A stretch of 64,000 nt of DNA, from NCBI GenBank assembly GCA_050249355.1, contig JBFWQQ010000001.1:12274-76273 (forward strand). Reading direction: 5' to 3'. A program made the translations under genes and the position numbers. Below the pieces are notes generated by a model. It was not told where the DNA came from and did not search any database. It was given only the letters and a program-made list of their open reading frames with translations. The DNA comes from Alphaproteobacteria bacterium (GTDB lineage: Bacteria; Pseudomonadota; Alphaproteobacteria; Rickettsiales; SXRF01). Position 1 is the first letter of the stretch. Each line of letters opens with the position of its first letter. Of this stretch, positions 38,415 through 48,121 are shown piece after piece.

Positions 38415-38687
38415 ATGGGACTATTCATTTTTCGTTTCTGGCCGGTACTGATACCGCTGCTTATCTATTGGCTGTGGTACCTGAACAACCGGCGTAAGGC
38501 ACGCAAGCTGGGCAAGGATGTGCCACGGTTCCGCGATGGCCCATGGTATTGGGCGGTGCTGGCCAGTCTGGGCACAGGCCTGTGCATATTCGTTGTGCTT
38601 GGCCTCGGTATGCGTGAAAGCAAAGGAACATACGAACCGCCGCATCTGGAAAATGGAAAGATGATTGACGGAAAAATCCGGCCATGA
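38415..38687 (+). CDS. small membrane protein, function unknown
   Basis: 90 aa; two TM helices (FWPVLIPLLIYWLWYL, WYWAVLASLGTGLCIFVVLGL); ATGA overlap with downstream gene. Confidence 0.55.
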   Translation: MGLFIFRFWPVLIPLLIYWLWYLNNRRKARKLGKDVPRFRDGPWYWAVLASLGTGLCIFVVLGLGMRESKGTYEPPHLENGKMIDGKIRP

Positions 38688-39862
38688 CGACACTGGCGCC
38701 TGACTGGTTTAATTTTGCGCATGTACGCGCTGTGGTACAAGCATTTAGTCCGCATGCGGATGCATTGCGTTTTGTCGGCGGATGCGTGCGTGACAGCCTG
38801 CTGGGACGCGAGGTACAGGATATTGATGCGGCCACACCGTTGCAACCTGAGCAGGTCATGCAGCTGCTGGCAGATGCCGGGATCAAGGCCATACCTACCG
38901 GACTGAAGCACGGTACGGTGACTGCCGTGTCGCACGGACAGCCGATAGAGATTACCACCTTGCGCAAGGACACGGCGTGCGACGGGCGGCATGCCACAGT
39001 GGAGTTTACCGGAAGTTGGCAGGAAGATGCCAGCCGCCGCGACTTTACTATGAATGCGCTATATCTTTCGCCGCAGGGTGAACTATTCGATTATAGCGGC
39101 GGCAAAGAAGACGCTGAAGCGGGACGCGTACGCTTTATCGGCGATGCACGCAAACGTATAGAGGAAGATTACTTACGCATCCTGCGCTTTTTCCGCTTCT
39201 TTGGGTATTATGGCAGAACGGCCCCTGACCGTGAGGCATTAGCGGCCTGTGCTGAATGCAGGGAAGGACTGACCATGCTTTCGGGAGCGCGCATACAGGC
39301 CGAAATGCTGAAGCTGATGTCTGCCGCCAACCCTCTGCCTGCCCTGACGCTGATGCATGAGGCGCGGTTGTATAACATACTGATGCTGACAGGTGAGTTG
39401 AGCCGTATTACCGCTCTACTGGCGGTAGAGCGGGAAACGCATATCGCCACCGCGCAGGCCACGCGACTGGCAACGCTGGTGCAACAGGGCCGGATAGAAG
39501 CGTTGGCGGAGCGCTGGAAGCTGTCTGTTGCACTGCGCGACGAATTGCACCGGTTACACGAAGAAGGCATTGATCCGGTGTTGGATTTGGCAGGGCAGAA
39601 AAAGGCGCTGCGCAGAATGGGCAAGGATAACTTTATACAAAAGCTGTTGTTTGATTGGGCATTAAACGGCAAACATAATTATCCGGTCATGTTGAAACTG
39701 GCGCTGAACTGGAATATACCAGAATTTCCAGTAACCGGAGCCGACCTGAAAGCGCGGGGTGTCAACGAGGGAAGGCAACTGGGCGATATGCTGCGCAAAC
39801 TGGAAAGGCGCTGGGAAAGCAGTGATTACTGCCTGACAAAAGAGCAATTGTTATCGGAGTGA
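38684..39862 (+). CDS. cca: CCA tRNA nucleotidyltransferase / poly(A) polymerase-family enzyme
   Basis: 392 aa; head domain RFVGGCVRDSLLGREVQDIDAAT, TTLRKD, RRDFTMNA, EDYLRILRFFRF. Confidence 0.8.
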   Translation: MTTLAPDWFNFAHVRAVVQAFSPHADALRFVGGCVRDSLLGREVQDIDAATPLQPEQVMQLLADAGIKAIPTGLKHGTVTAVSHGQPIEITTLRKDTACDGRHATVEFTGSWQEDASRRDFTMNALYLSPQGELFDYSGGKEDAEAGRVRFIGDARKRIEEDYLRILRFFRFFGYYGRTAPDREALAACAECREGLTMLSGARIQAEMLKLMSAANPLPALTLMHEARLYNILMLTGELSRITALLAVERETHIATAQATRLATLVQQGRIEALAERWKLSVALRDELHRLHEEGIDPVLDLAGQKKALRRMGKDNFIQKLLFDWALNGKHNYPVMLKLALNWNIPEFPVTGADLKARGVNEGRQLGDMLRKLERRWESSDYCLTKEQLLSE

Positions 39863-39888
39863 CCTAAGGGCAGGCCTCAGGACTCTCC

Positions 39889-40608
39889 CTAAGCCTCTTC
39901 GGCGGTATTCTCACCTTCGGGCAATTCTTCAAGCGCGTAGCCCGCCGAACGTACCGTGCGGATCAGGTCGGGCCGCTTGCCATCGTAATCCAGCCCTTTG
40001 CGCAAGCGGCGTACATGCACGTCGACGGTGCGCAGTTCCACATAAATATCATGGCCCCATACCGCATCCAGCAACTGCTCGCGCGAGAATACGCGACCCG
40101 GATGCTCAAGCAGGTAGCGTAGCAGCGAAAACTCGGTCGGGCTGAGGTGTATCTCCACATCGTCGCGCGTTACTTTGTGGCCCGACACATCCATCACAAT
40201 GCCAGCATAGGACAGCGTCTTTTCAGAAAGTGCCGGACGGAAGCGCCGGAATATCGCGCGGATGCGCGCAATGAGTTCGGCAGGAGAGAAAGGTTTTACG
40301 ATGTAATCATCGGCGCCGGAATCAAGCCCGCGTATACGATCGCCCTCTTCGCCACGCGCCGATAGCATGATAATGGGAATGGATTTTGTTTCCGGGTTCC
40401 AGCGCAGCTGTTTGCAAATCTCGACGCCTGACATGGACGGCAACATCCAGTCGAGCACGATGATGTCCGGCTTGTAATCCTTAACCATGGCCACAGCTTC
40501 TTCACCGTCACCGGTAGAGAACACGCGAAATCCTTCTCTTTCAAGGTTGTAGCGCAGCAAGGTGACGATAGCGGCTTCGTCTTCAACGATCAGTACAGAG
40601 GTTTCCAA
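39889..40608 (-). CDS. phoB: phosphate regulon response regulator PhoB
   Basis: 239 aa; VLIVEDEAAI, DIIVLDWMLPSMSG, YIVKPFSPAEL, PTEFSLLRYLLEHPGRVFSREQLLD.VWG; no pst/phoU/phoR gene adjacent. Confidence 0.8.
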   Translation of the reverse strand: METSVLIVEDEAAIVTLLRYNLEREGFRVFSTGDGEEAVAMVKDYKPDIIVLDWMLPSMSGVEICKQLRWNPETKSIPIIMLSARGEEGDRIRGLDSGADDYIVKPFSPAELIARIRAIFRRFRPALSEKTLSYAGIVMDVSGHKVTRDDVEIHLSPTEFSLLRYLLEHPGRVFSREQLLDAVWGHDIYVELRTVDVHVRRLRKGLDYDGKRPDLIRTVRSAGYALEELPEGENTAEEA

Positions 40609-40707
40609 GGCGTTGGTCCCTTTTTTCTTTTCATTAAGGCAGAGTCAATCTAGCATAATTGCCGGATGTGGCAACAAAGTCTTTTAACTCAAGGACGTTA
40701 AGTAAGT

Positions 40708-41268
40708 ATGAAGGGGTATGTACGTTTTGGGCTCGATATGGGCCCGCTATTGGTATTTTTTATTGTTTACCGCGCTACGGACAATGTTTTGCCCGCCACC
40801 GCCGCCTTGATCCCGGCCACACTGCTGGCTCTGGGAATCATTTACTGGCTGGAAAAGCGGGTGGCAGTCATGCCTTTGGTGTCGGGCATAGCGGTGGCGG
40901 TTTTCGGCGGGCTTACGCTGATCCTGGCTGATGAGTTATTCATTAAAATGAAGCCCACTTTCGTGAACCTGCTGTTTGCCGCCATCCTGCTGGTGGGGGT
41001 GGTGCTAGGACGGCCCATGCTCAAATATGCGCTTTCCGAGGCCATGCAGCTGACCGAAGAAGGCTGGATGATCCTCTCGCGCCGCTGGGGCTTTTATTTT
41101 GTGTTCCTTGCCGGGCTGAATGAGGTAATATGGCGTAATTTTCCCACAGATTTCTGGGTGGATTTCAAAGTTTTTGGTATGTTTACGCTGTCGATACTGT
41201 TTACACTTAGCCAAATCCCTTTTATCAACCGACATATGGTTCAAGATGATGGTAACCAAGAGCATTGA
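40708..41268 (+). CDS. yciB: intracellular septation protein A (YciB/IspZ family)
   Basis: 186 aa, 5 TM helices; GPLLVFFIVY, KMKPTFVNLLFA, GLNEVIWRNF. Confidence 0.8.
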   Translation: MKGYVRFGLDMGPLLVFFIVYRATDNVLPATAALIPATLLALGIIYWLEKRVAVMPLVSGIAVAVFGGLTLILADELFIKMKPTFVNLLFAAILLVGVVLGRPMLKYALSEAMQLTEEGWMILSRRWGFYFVFLAGLNEVIWRNFPTDFWVDFKVFGMFTLSILFTLSQIPFINRHMVQDDGNQEH

Positions 41269-42835
41269 GATCACCGATCGTCACAAGAAGCTTCTGCTTA
41301 TCCTCAGCCTGATAGGGGCATTCCTGTCCATCCTGATAAGCAGCGCTGTTTATGAAGATGCATACATCACGTTCCGCGTGGTTGAGAATTTCATAGATGG
41401 CCATGGGTTGCGCTGGAACCTCGACGAGCGTGTGCAGGTCTACACCCATCCATTATGGCTTCTGCTGCATATACCCTTTCAGGCGGTTCTGGGTAATATA
41501 TTCATGGTATCGCTGGTTCTTAGCTGGCTGTGCGTGGCCGCGACGTTCTGGCTGTCGTGGCGTTTCTTTCGTGCACACGACCTGTTATGGGCCGGGTTTT
41601 TTGTTCTGCCGTTCGTTTTTTCCAAGACGCTGGCGGGCTACTCTGCTTCGGGATTTGAGAACCCGCTGCTGCACCTGCTGTTTGCGGCGTTCATGTGGGT
41701 GTTCTTTTTTGTCAAAAAAGACCGCTGGTTCTATCTGAGTTTAATCACGGCACTGAGTCTGTTGACACGCCTCGATACCATCGTATTCTATGCGCCGTTG
41801 TGGCTGATATTGCTGGCAAGCAAAGGCGGATTAAAGGTTCTGCGACAGGTGATACCGGGTTTGTTCCCCATCATATTGTGGGAGCTTTTCAGCCTGTTCT
41901 ATTACGGTTCATTGCTGCCAAACACTGCGTATGCAAGAATCCAGACAGGTATTGATAACCAGGAGTACCTGCGCCTGGGAATGCACTACTTGCTCAACCT
42001 GTTTGCGGTGGATGTATTTTCCGCACTGCTTCTGCTCGTGGCCGCTGCGGCTGCCGTTATACATGGCAGGCATTATTTCAGGAATCAGCCCGGAGCCGGG
42101 ATATATTTCGGTATTGCTGTGTCGGTTTTATGTTATGCCATATATATAATTCTCGTCGGCGGTACATACCTTAGCGGTCGGTTGTTTTCTCTGCCAGTAT
42201 TTGCATCATTATATCTGCTGTGCCATATGGTGCATCAGGCAAACATAAGGCAAAAAAGAATGCCGATGGGTGGTGCTGTCATGCTGCTGGTCGGTTTTTT
42301 AGCGTTTGCTGTTTATCCATCAGATGTGAAAATGGCAACGGTATGCAAATCTTGTTTTGTCGGTGTGGACAAGGACAACTGGGAACAGAAAATAGAATTT
42401 GTCGACTGGGTGGCCGGTACAGAAAAGCTGCCGCAGTTCGGCGTGCGTAAAATCAAGCAGTCGGTAGCCATAATTGGCTCGATTGGTGTTCTGGGCTACG
42501 AAACAGATACCCGGGTGAAGGTCCTTGACCCCATCGGGCTGTCCGATCCGCTGATGGCCCGATTACCTACAAAAATCCGGAAGATACCCAGCATGGGCAT
42601 GCTGAGCCGCAATGTACCCAAAGGGTATCCTTACGCATCGGTGACCGGTGACATCAGCCGCATGCCCGAAGAGCTGGGCCGGTATTATGCGCCCTTGCGC
42701 ATGATCGTATCCGGGCCGCTATGGAGCAAGGAACGGCTGACGGAGATCGTCCGCTTCAATCTAGGTGAATATGATGGGCATCTGGAAAATTATATTCAGG
42801 CTACCGCGCGCCAGCCGATATCGCGGCGGCAATAA
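41246..42835 (+). CDS. polytopic membrane protein, GT-C-type glycosyltransferase-like (family uncertain)
   Basis: about 530 aa, 10+ TM helices then soluble C-terminal domain; first loop YEDAYITFRVVENFIDGHGLRWN resembles the acidic DDAxISFRY-type loop of undecaprenyl/dolichyl-dependent glycosyltransferases; ATG 41246 preferred over 41174. Confidence 0.5.
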   Translation: MMVTKSIEITDRHKKLLLILSLIGAFLSILISSAVYEDAYITFRVVENFIDGHGLRWNLDERVQVYTHPLWLLLHIPFQAVLGNIFMVSLVLSWLCVAATFWLSWRFFRAHDLLWAGFFVLPFVFSKTLAGYSASGFENPLLHLLFAAFMWVFFFVKKDRWFYLSLITALSLLTRLDTIVFYAPLWLILLASKGGLKVLRQVIPGLFPIILWELFSLFYYGSLLPNTAYARIQTGIDNQEYLRLGMHYLLNLFAVDVFSALLLLVAAAAAVIHGRHYFRNQPGAGIYFGIAVSVLCYAIYIILVGGTYLSGRLFSLPVFASLYLLCHMVHQANIRQKRMPMGGAVMLLVGFLAFAVYPSDVKMATVCKSCFVGVDKDNWEQKIEFVDWVAGTEKLPQFGVRKIKQSVAIIGSIGVLGYETDTRVKVLDPIGLSDPLMARLPTKIRKIPSMGMLSRNVPKGYPYASVTGDISRMPEELGRYYAPLRMIVSGPLWSKERLTEIVRFNLGEYDGHLENYIQATARQPISRRQ

Positions 42836-44058
42836 CCTTCCGGCCATTCGATGAGATCGACTGCCCGGTAGGCATTGACTTGCGCTTCTTTGATCGTTTT
42901 GCCCAGCGCCGTCACGCCAAGCACACGCCCGCCTGTGGCAACGGTTTTGCCATCCCTGATGCTGGTGCCGGCATGGAATATTTTTACGTCAGGCAGAGTA
43001 GCAGTTTTATCCAGCCCATTGATGATGGTGCCTTTCTCGTATACGCCGGGGTAGCCTTTGGCGGCCATCACCACGCATACGGCTGCATCATGACAGAAAG
43101 TTATGTTTACGTTCTCTAGCCCGCCGGCGCTGCAAGCGTGCAACACCGGAAAGAGGTCGCTGGTCAGGCGCGCCATCAGCACCTGCGTTTCGGGATCGCC
43201 AAAGCGCGTGTTGTATTCCAGCAGTTTGGGGCCGCCCTTGGTTAGCATCAGCCCGGCGAACAGCACGCCTTTGAACGGGCAGCCTTCTTTTTGCATGGCA
43301 TCCATGGTCGGCCGGATGATAGTGTGCATCACGGCAGAGCGCAGCGCTGCGTCCACCAGAGGCGGCGGCGCATAGGTGCCCATGCCGCCGGTGTTTGGGC
43401 CTTTATCGCCATCATAAGCACGTTTGTGATCCTGCGCGTATCCGAACTCTACGGCGTTCGTACCATCGCATAATGCAAAAAAGCTGACCTCCTCGCCATC
43501 TAAGAATTCTTCGATGACCACCGAATGGCCGCTGTCACCGAAAGAACCGGCGAACATATCTTCTACCGCTTGCTGTGCTTCTTGCTTTGTTGTCGCAATG
43601 ATCACACCTTTACCGGCGGCCAGTCCATCGGCCTTTACCACGATCGGGAAATTCTTTCCTTCAAGGAATTTGAGCGCATCGGTTCTGTTATGGAAATACC
43701 CGTAAGCGGCGGTGGGTATATCATATTTCGCGCACAGATCTTTCATAAAGCCTTTGGAGCCTTCCAGCCGGGCCGCTTTGGCGCTCGGGCCAAAGCAGGT
43801 TATGCCGGCGGCTTCGAGCGTATCCACCAACCCTTCGACCAGCGGCTGCTCCGGCCCGACCACGACCAGCGCAATGTCCTGCCGCTTGCAGAATGGAATA
43901 ATCTCATCCGCGGTTTTGATCGCCACGCACTCGGCATCTTCCGCGATGCCGCCATTGCCCGGCGCGCAGAAAACTTTTTTCACCGACGGCGATTGTTTCA
44001 TCCGCCAGCAGATCGCGTGTTCGCGTCCGCCGGAACCGATTACTAAAACATGGGCCAT
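42796..44058 (-). CDS. purD: phosphoribosylamine-glycine ligase
   Basis: 420 aa; VLVIGSGGREHA, ATP-grasp, GDKGPNTGGMG, TGGRVLGV; 3' end overlaps previous gene by 40 nt. Confidence 0.95.
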   Translation of the reverse strand: MAHVLVIGSGGREHAICWRMKQSPSVKKVFCAPGNGGIAEDAECVAIKTADEIIPFCKRQDIALVVVGPEQPLVEGLVDTLEAAGITCFGPSAKAARLEGSKGFMKDLCAKYDIPTAAYGYFHNRTDALKFLEGKNFPIVVKADGLAAGKGVIIATTKQEAQQAVEDMFAGSFGDSGHSVVIEEFLDGEEVSFFALCDGTNAVEFGYAQDHKRAYDGDKGPNTGGMGTYAPPPLVDAALRSAVMHTIIRPTMDAMQKEGCPFKGVLFAGLMLTKGGPKLLEYNTRFGDPETQVLMARLTSDLFPVLHACSAGGLENVNITFCHDAAVCVVMAAKGYPGVYEKGTIINGLDKTATLPDVKIFHAGTSIRDGKTVATGGRVLGVTALGKTIKEAQVNAYRAVDLIEWPEGYCRRDIGWRAVA

Positions 44059-44101
44059 TGCTTTTTCTTTCTAATTACAATCAACATGCTAGACTCCCCT
44101 C

Positions 44102-45442
44102 ATGCCAGAAACCGCCCCCGACTTCAACCATAACCAGCCGGAATATACGGTCAGCGAGGTGTCGCAGGCAGTCAAACGGGTGCTGGAAGGTCATTTCGGA
44201 CATATCCGGTTACGCGGCGAGATATCCGGCTGGCGCGGCGCACATAGCTCGGGCCATGCGTATTTTTCTCTCAAAGACGACAAATCCGTGATCAACGCGG
44301 TGTGCTGGAAAGGCACCATGGCGCGGCTGGCCCACAAGCCCGAAGAAGGGCTGGAAGTGATCGCCACCGGTAAGATCAGTTCATTCAATGGTAAATACCA
44401 GATCATTGTGGAAAATATCGAACCGGCGGGCGAGGGTGCGCTGATGGCGCTGCTGGAAAAGCGCCGCAAAATGTTCGAAGCCGAAGGATTATTTGCACAG
44501 GAACGTAAGAAGCCGCTGCCATACCTGCCACGTACGGTCGGCGTCATTACTTCACCCACCGGCGCGGTCATACGCGACATATTGCACCGCATATCTGACC
44601 GGTTTCCGGTGCATGTGCTGGTATGGCCGGTGGCCGTGCAAGGCGAAGGTGCAAAGGAACAGGTGGCGGCAGCTATTCGCGGATTCAACACCAGCATCAC
44701 CCACCGGCCCGATGTGATCATCGTGGCGCGCGGTGGCGGGTCGCTGGAAGATCTGTGGGCGTTCAACGAAGAGATCGTGGTGCGCGCCGCCGCCGAATCT
44801 GCCATTCCTCTGATATCTGCAGTAGGCCATGAAACCGACACCACGCTCATCGATTTTGTTTCCGATCGCCGTGCTCCCACCCCTACAGCGGCCGCCGAGA
44901 TGGCGGTGCCAGTGCGAGATGAGCTGCGCATCACGCTTACCCAAATCGAAACGCGCAGGAGATCAGCTCTTCAACAGCTATTGACGCGGCGCAAGGAACA
45001 GCTGGCCGGGCTGGCGCGTGGCTTGCCCAAACCGGAACAGCTTTTGTCGCATGCGACGCAGCGGCTGGATGACCGGAGTGAGCGGCTGGCGGCAGCATTA
45101 CTAGTGAACCTGCACAAAAAACACCAGCAGCTGGCGGTGTGCGCAGCATCATTGCGCCCGCAGGTATTACGACAGGAGATAGTGCGTTACGGGCAGGCGG
45201 CGGCGGAATTGCAGGTGCGGATGAATACTGCGATGCCGCGTACCATCGCGCGCAGCGAAGAGAAACTTCAGCACATCACGGCACTGCTGGAAAGTGTGAA
45301 TTACAAAAAAGTGCTGCAACGTGGCTTTGCACTGGTGCGTGCGGAAAACAAGCAGCTGGTAACATCAGCGCAGGAAGCGCAAAGGCAAAAGGTTCTTTCG
45401 GTAACCTTTGCCGATGGTGAAATAATGGTAACTGCAAAATGA
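44102..45442 (+). CDS. xseA: exodeoxyribonuclease VII large subunit
   Basis: 446 aa; OB-fold N-terminus (YTVSEVS..V...LE..F..I.LRGEIS), GVITSPTGA, IIVARGGGSLEDLW.FN, SAVGHETD. Confidence 0.9.
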   Translation: MPETAPDFNHNQPEYTVSEVSQAVKRVLEGHFGHIRLRGEISGWRGAHSSGHAYFSLKDDKSVINAVCWKGTMARLAHKPEEGLEVIATGKISSFNGKYQIIVENIEPAGEGALMALLEKRRKMFEAEGLFAQERKKPLPYLPRTVGVITSPTGAVIRDILHRISDRFPVHVLVWPVAVQGEGAKEQVAAAIRGFNTSITHRPDVIIVARGGGSLEDLWAFNEEIVVRAAAESAIPLISAVGHETDTTLIDFVSDRRAPTPTAAAEMAVPVRDELRITLTQIETRRRSALQQLLTRRKEQLAGLARGLPKPEQLLSHATQRLDDRSERLAAALLVNLHKKHQQLAVCAASLRPQVLRQEIVRYGQAAAELQVRMNTAMPRTIARSEEKLQHITALLESVNYKKVLQRGFALVRAENKQLVTSAQEAQRQKVLSVTFADGEIMVTAK

Positions 45443-45444
45443 CA

Positions 45445-45469
45445 CAGGCCGGGGCAACCCCCCGGCCTG
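45445..45469. terminator. hairpin between convergent genes (likely terminator for the - strand gene)
   Basis: perfect 10-bp stem CAGGCCGGGG/CCCCGGCCTG with 5-nt loop; on the - strand followed by TGTCATTTTG; no U tract on the + strand. Confidence 0.6.
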
Positions 45470-45498
45470 CTGGCTGTCAAGTACAACCGTGTTGGCGA

Positions 45499-46179
45499 TT
45501 AGCCAGCGCGGTAGTACGAGGTGGTGCGGTAGATGCGGTCGGCCTCGAGTTCTTTCTTCTCGAACCAATCCTCATCGATCGTACCGTGTACGGTCACCAC
45601 ATCACCTACGTTCAGTTTGTCGGCATCAAAGTTCATATCCGAGGTTTCGACCTGGATATTGCCTGCACCATAATTCAGCAGGAACTCATCGTTGTTGACT
45701 ACCTGTGTGATGGTGCCGCTAAGGCTTATACGCATGTCGTTTTTAAGTGAATTATTATCATAATCGTAGCTGGCATGGGGAACATAGCGGTGGTCTTTTG
45801 TCCAATACACGCGCGAATAATTGGTGCCATCGTGGGTCAGGCTGGTAGCCTCGATCTCTTTACCCGCAAAGTAATTATCGTCTATCTCGCCAGCCACCCG
45901 CACTGCATCTCCTGGCCTGAGCACTAACTCTGCGCCTTCCGTGAACAGGTTCGGCCATTTGTCATTGGTATCCACCTTAATAATGCCACCGTTGTAATTC
46001 ATGGTAAATTCATCCTTGTCGGTCACCTCCTTCACGGTGCCGTGCAACGTGACGTACATATCATCCTTCAGGCGCTTGTTTGTCGTGGTATTCGTGGTGT
46101 CGGCGGCCAGCACACTTGTGGATGCCAGCATTACGGCAGACAGGCTTGTTACGCCTGCGAATCTGGTTATAGTAAACAT
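45499..46179 (-). CDS. secreted protein with two tandem BOF (YgiW-like bacterial OB-fold) domains
   Basis: signal peptide MFTITRFAGVTSLSAVMLASTSVLA; internal duplication DMYVTLHGTVKEVTDKDEFTMNYNGGIIKVDT...GEIDDNYFAGKEIEA vs DMRISLSGTITQVVNNDEFLLNYGAGNIQVET...GTIDEDWFEKKELEA; AGGAG precedes ATG 46179. Confidence 0.7.
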   Translation of the reverse strand: MFTITRFAGVTSLSAVMLASTSVLAADTTNTTTNKRLKDDMYVTLHGTVKEVTDKDEFTMNYNGGIIKVDTNDKWPNLFTEGAELVLRPGDAVRVAGEIDDNYFAGKEIEATSLTHDGTNYSRVYWTKDHRYVPHASYDYDNNSLKNDMRISLSGTITQVVNNDEFLLNYGAGNIQVETSDMNFDADKLNVGDVVTVHGTIDEDWFEKKELEADRIYRTTSYYRAG

Positions 46180-46293
46180 ATATGCACTCCTGTACATTTT
46201 GATTAAACACATCACATGGTGTGCATTATGCGAACATACGGATTATTTTTCCATCGCATGAAGGCATGGATGATATAAGCAGCCCGTAAAGGT

Positions 46294-47154
46294 TTAGGGG
46301 CGTGGCCAGCGTTGGTGCACCCAGAACCATTGCTCAGGGTGTTCACGTATCCACGATTCCAGGATTGCATTAACCGTGCACATGATCTTCTCGGCGTCGC
46401 GTTCGATATTACCGGTTCTTTCAATGTCCAGCGGAGGATAGGTAAAGGATCTGAAATGTGCGCCTGATGTGCGCACTACACGGGCAGGGATTATGGGCAG
46501 GTCATAACGCAAGGCCAGCTGGGCCAATGCTGGAGCGGTCATGGCGTGTATACCAAAAAAGGGCACTGGTATGCCGTCATTCATTTTCTGGTCGACCAGC
46601 ATGGCGATCGCTTCGCCGTTCTTGATCGCGCGTGCCATCTTCACTGCGCCGGCCGGGCCCTTGGGAAACATATTACGCGCCCAGGTGGAACGTATGTCAG
46701 CGATCATATCGTCGACATAGGGATTGTTGGATTTGCGATATACCGATGTAATGGGCACGCCATGGGCGTATGCTACGTATGCCAGTAATTCCCAGTTTCC
46801 AACATGGCCGGAAAAGAAAAATACTGGGGCTCCCGGTTTTGGCATATATTCGCCGCCTATGATCTCGATGCGCCGGGTCAGGACGGGGTTATGGTGATGC
46901 GCCAGCTCGGCAGCTACACGTCCCAGATTGTCCCACATGTTCTGTAAAATAACGTTGCGCTCGTCAGGGCTGCGTTCGGGCAGGAAGCGCGCAAGGTTTT
47001 GCTGTGCTGTACGGTGAGCCTTTAGGCGCGGGCCTATGCGACGCCCCAGCCAGCCGCCAAGGGCAGAGGCAGCATCCAAAGACAGCAGGCGCAGCAGGCC
47101 GAAGAATAACTTCAGGCCCAATGCCTCAATCCGGTATTGCAGGTTCTTTTTCAT
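46294..47154 (-). CDS. lipid A biosynthesis (LpxL/HtrB-like) lysophospholipid acyltransferase
   Basis: 286 aa; N-terminal anchor, HVGNWE (HX4D/E-type) motif, context next to lpxK-waaA. Confidence 0.75.
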   Translation of the reverse strand: MKKNLQYRIEALGLKLFFGLLRLLSLDAASALGGWLGRRIGPRLKAHRTAQQNLARFLPERSPDERNVILQNMWDNLGRVAAELAHHHNPVLTRRIEIIGGEYMPKPGAPVFFFSGHVGNWELLAYVAYAHGVPITSVYRKSNNPYVDDMIADIRSTWARNMFPKGPAGAVKMARAIKNGEAIAMLVDQKMNDGIPVPFFGIHAMTAPALAQLALRYDLPIIPARVVRTSGAHFRSFTYPPLDIERTGNIERDAEKIMCTVNAILESWIREHPEQWFWVHQRWPRP

Positions 47155-48121
47155 TATGTTTTGTCATAACAGGGTTTAGCAACGCGTCCAGCATTTCAGG
47201 GGCATCGAATTGCAGGGAAATGGGCACCACCGTCACCAGTGCCTTGAGCCGGTCTGGCAGGCGTGCCGCATCCTTGCTGGTGGTTGCCAGTATGGCGCCA
47301 GACCGTTGCGCATGCTCTGCCAGCTGCTCGATCTCTCGCTCATGGTATGGATAATGGTCGGCAAATATTCGGGTCTCGATGACATTGGCGCCCAGCTGCC
47401 GCAGTGTATCGAGGAACTTCTCGGGTATCGCCAGTCCGCAGAATGCGAGAACGCTCTTGCCTTTCAGCAATTCAGCGTTCTTATCGGGCACCGTTCGCGC
47501 CGTCAGTACGGGCAGCCGTTGGGGCAATGCCAGTGCCAGAGACTGCGGGTTGATGTGGATAATGGCATCAGCGCGGTCATAGGCTTGTTCGGGCCATTCG
47601 CGTAAGGGGCCGGCAGGAATCGGCAGTCCATTACCCAGCCCGGTCTTGCCATCGATTACAAGCAGCGACAGATCCTTATGCAATGACGGGTTTTGAAATC
47701 CGTCATCTGTGATAATCAGTTCAGCGCCGTGTCGTAGGGCAAAGCGGATGCCATCCAGGCGGTTCTTGGCAATAATGGTGGGCAGCACGTTCGCCAGCAG
47801 CAGCGGTTCATCGCCCACCTCTTGTGATGTGTGTCCGGAGGGGCTTACCTGCAACGGCCCCAAAAGCGTGCCTTTGTAGCCACGGCTGACAAACCATGCA
47901 TTGATGCCGCGTGATTTGCATAGCGTTCCGATATGCAGTGCGGTGGGCGTTTTCCCCGCGCCGCCCGCAGTCAGCCCGCCAACGCAGATTACCGGCACAT
48001 CCATGCGTACCGGCGGGGTAAATAAAAAACGCAAGCGAATCATCAGCGGGTAGAACAGACTGAACGGATATAATAGCCATGCAATAGGCCCGCGCGCGGC
48101 CCAGAATTCCGGCGTGTTCAT
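47126..48121 (-). CDS. lpxK: tetraacyldisaccharide 4'-kinase
   Basis: 331 aa; PVICVGGLTAGGAGKTP, VSRGYKG, GDEPLLLA, IITDDGFQN. Confidence 0.9.
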   Translation of the reverse strand: MNTPEFWAARGPIAWLLYPFSLFYPLMIRLRFLFTPPVRMDVPVICVGGLTAGGAGKTPTALHIGTLCKSRGINAWFVSRGYKGTLLGPLQVSPSGHTSQEVGDEPLLLANVLPTIIAKNRLDGIRFALRHGAELIITDDGFQNPSLHKDLSLLVIDGKTGLGNGLPIPAGPLREWPEQAYDRADAIIHINPQSLALALPQRLPVLTARTVPDKNAELLKGKSVLAFCGLAIPEKFLDTLRQLGANVIETRIFADHYPYHEREIEQLAEHAQRSGAILATTSKDAARLPDRLKALVTVVPISLQFDAPEMLDALLNPVMTKHNEKEPAIPD

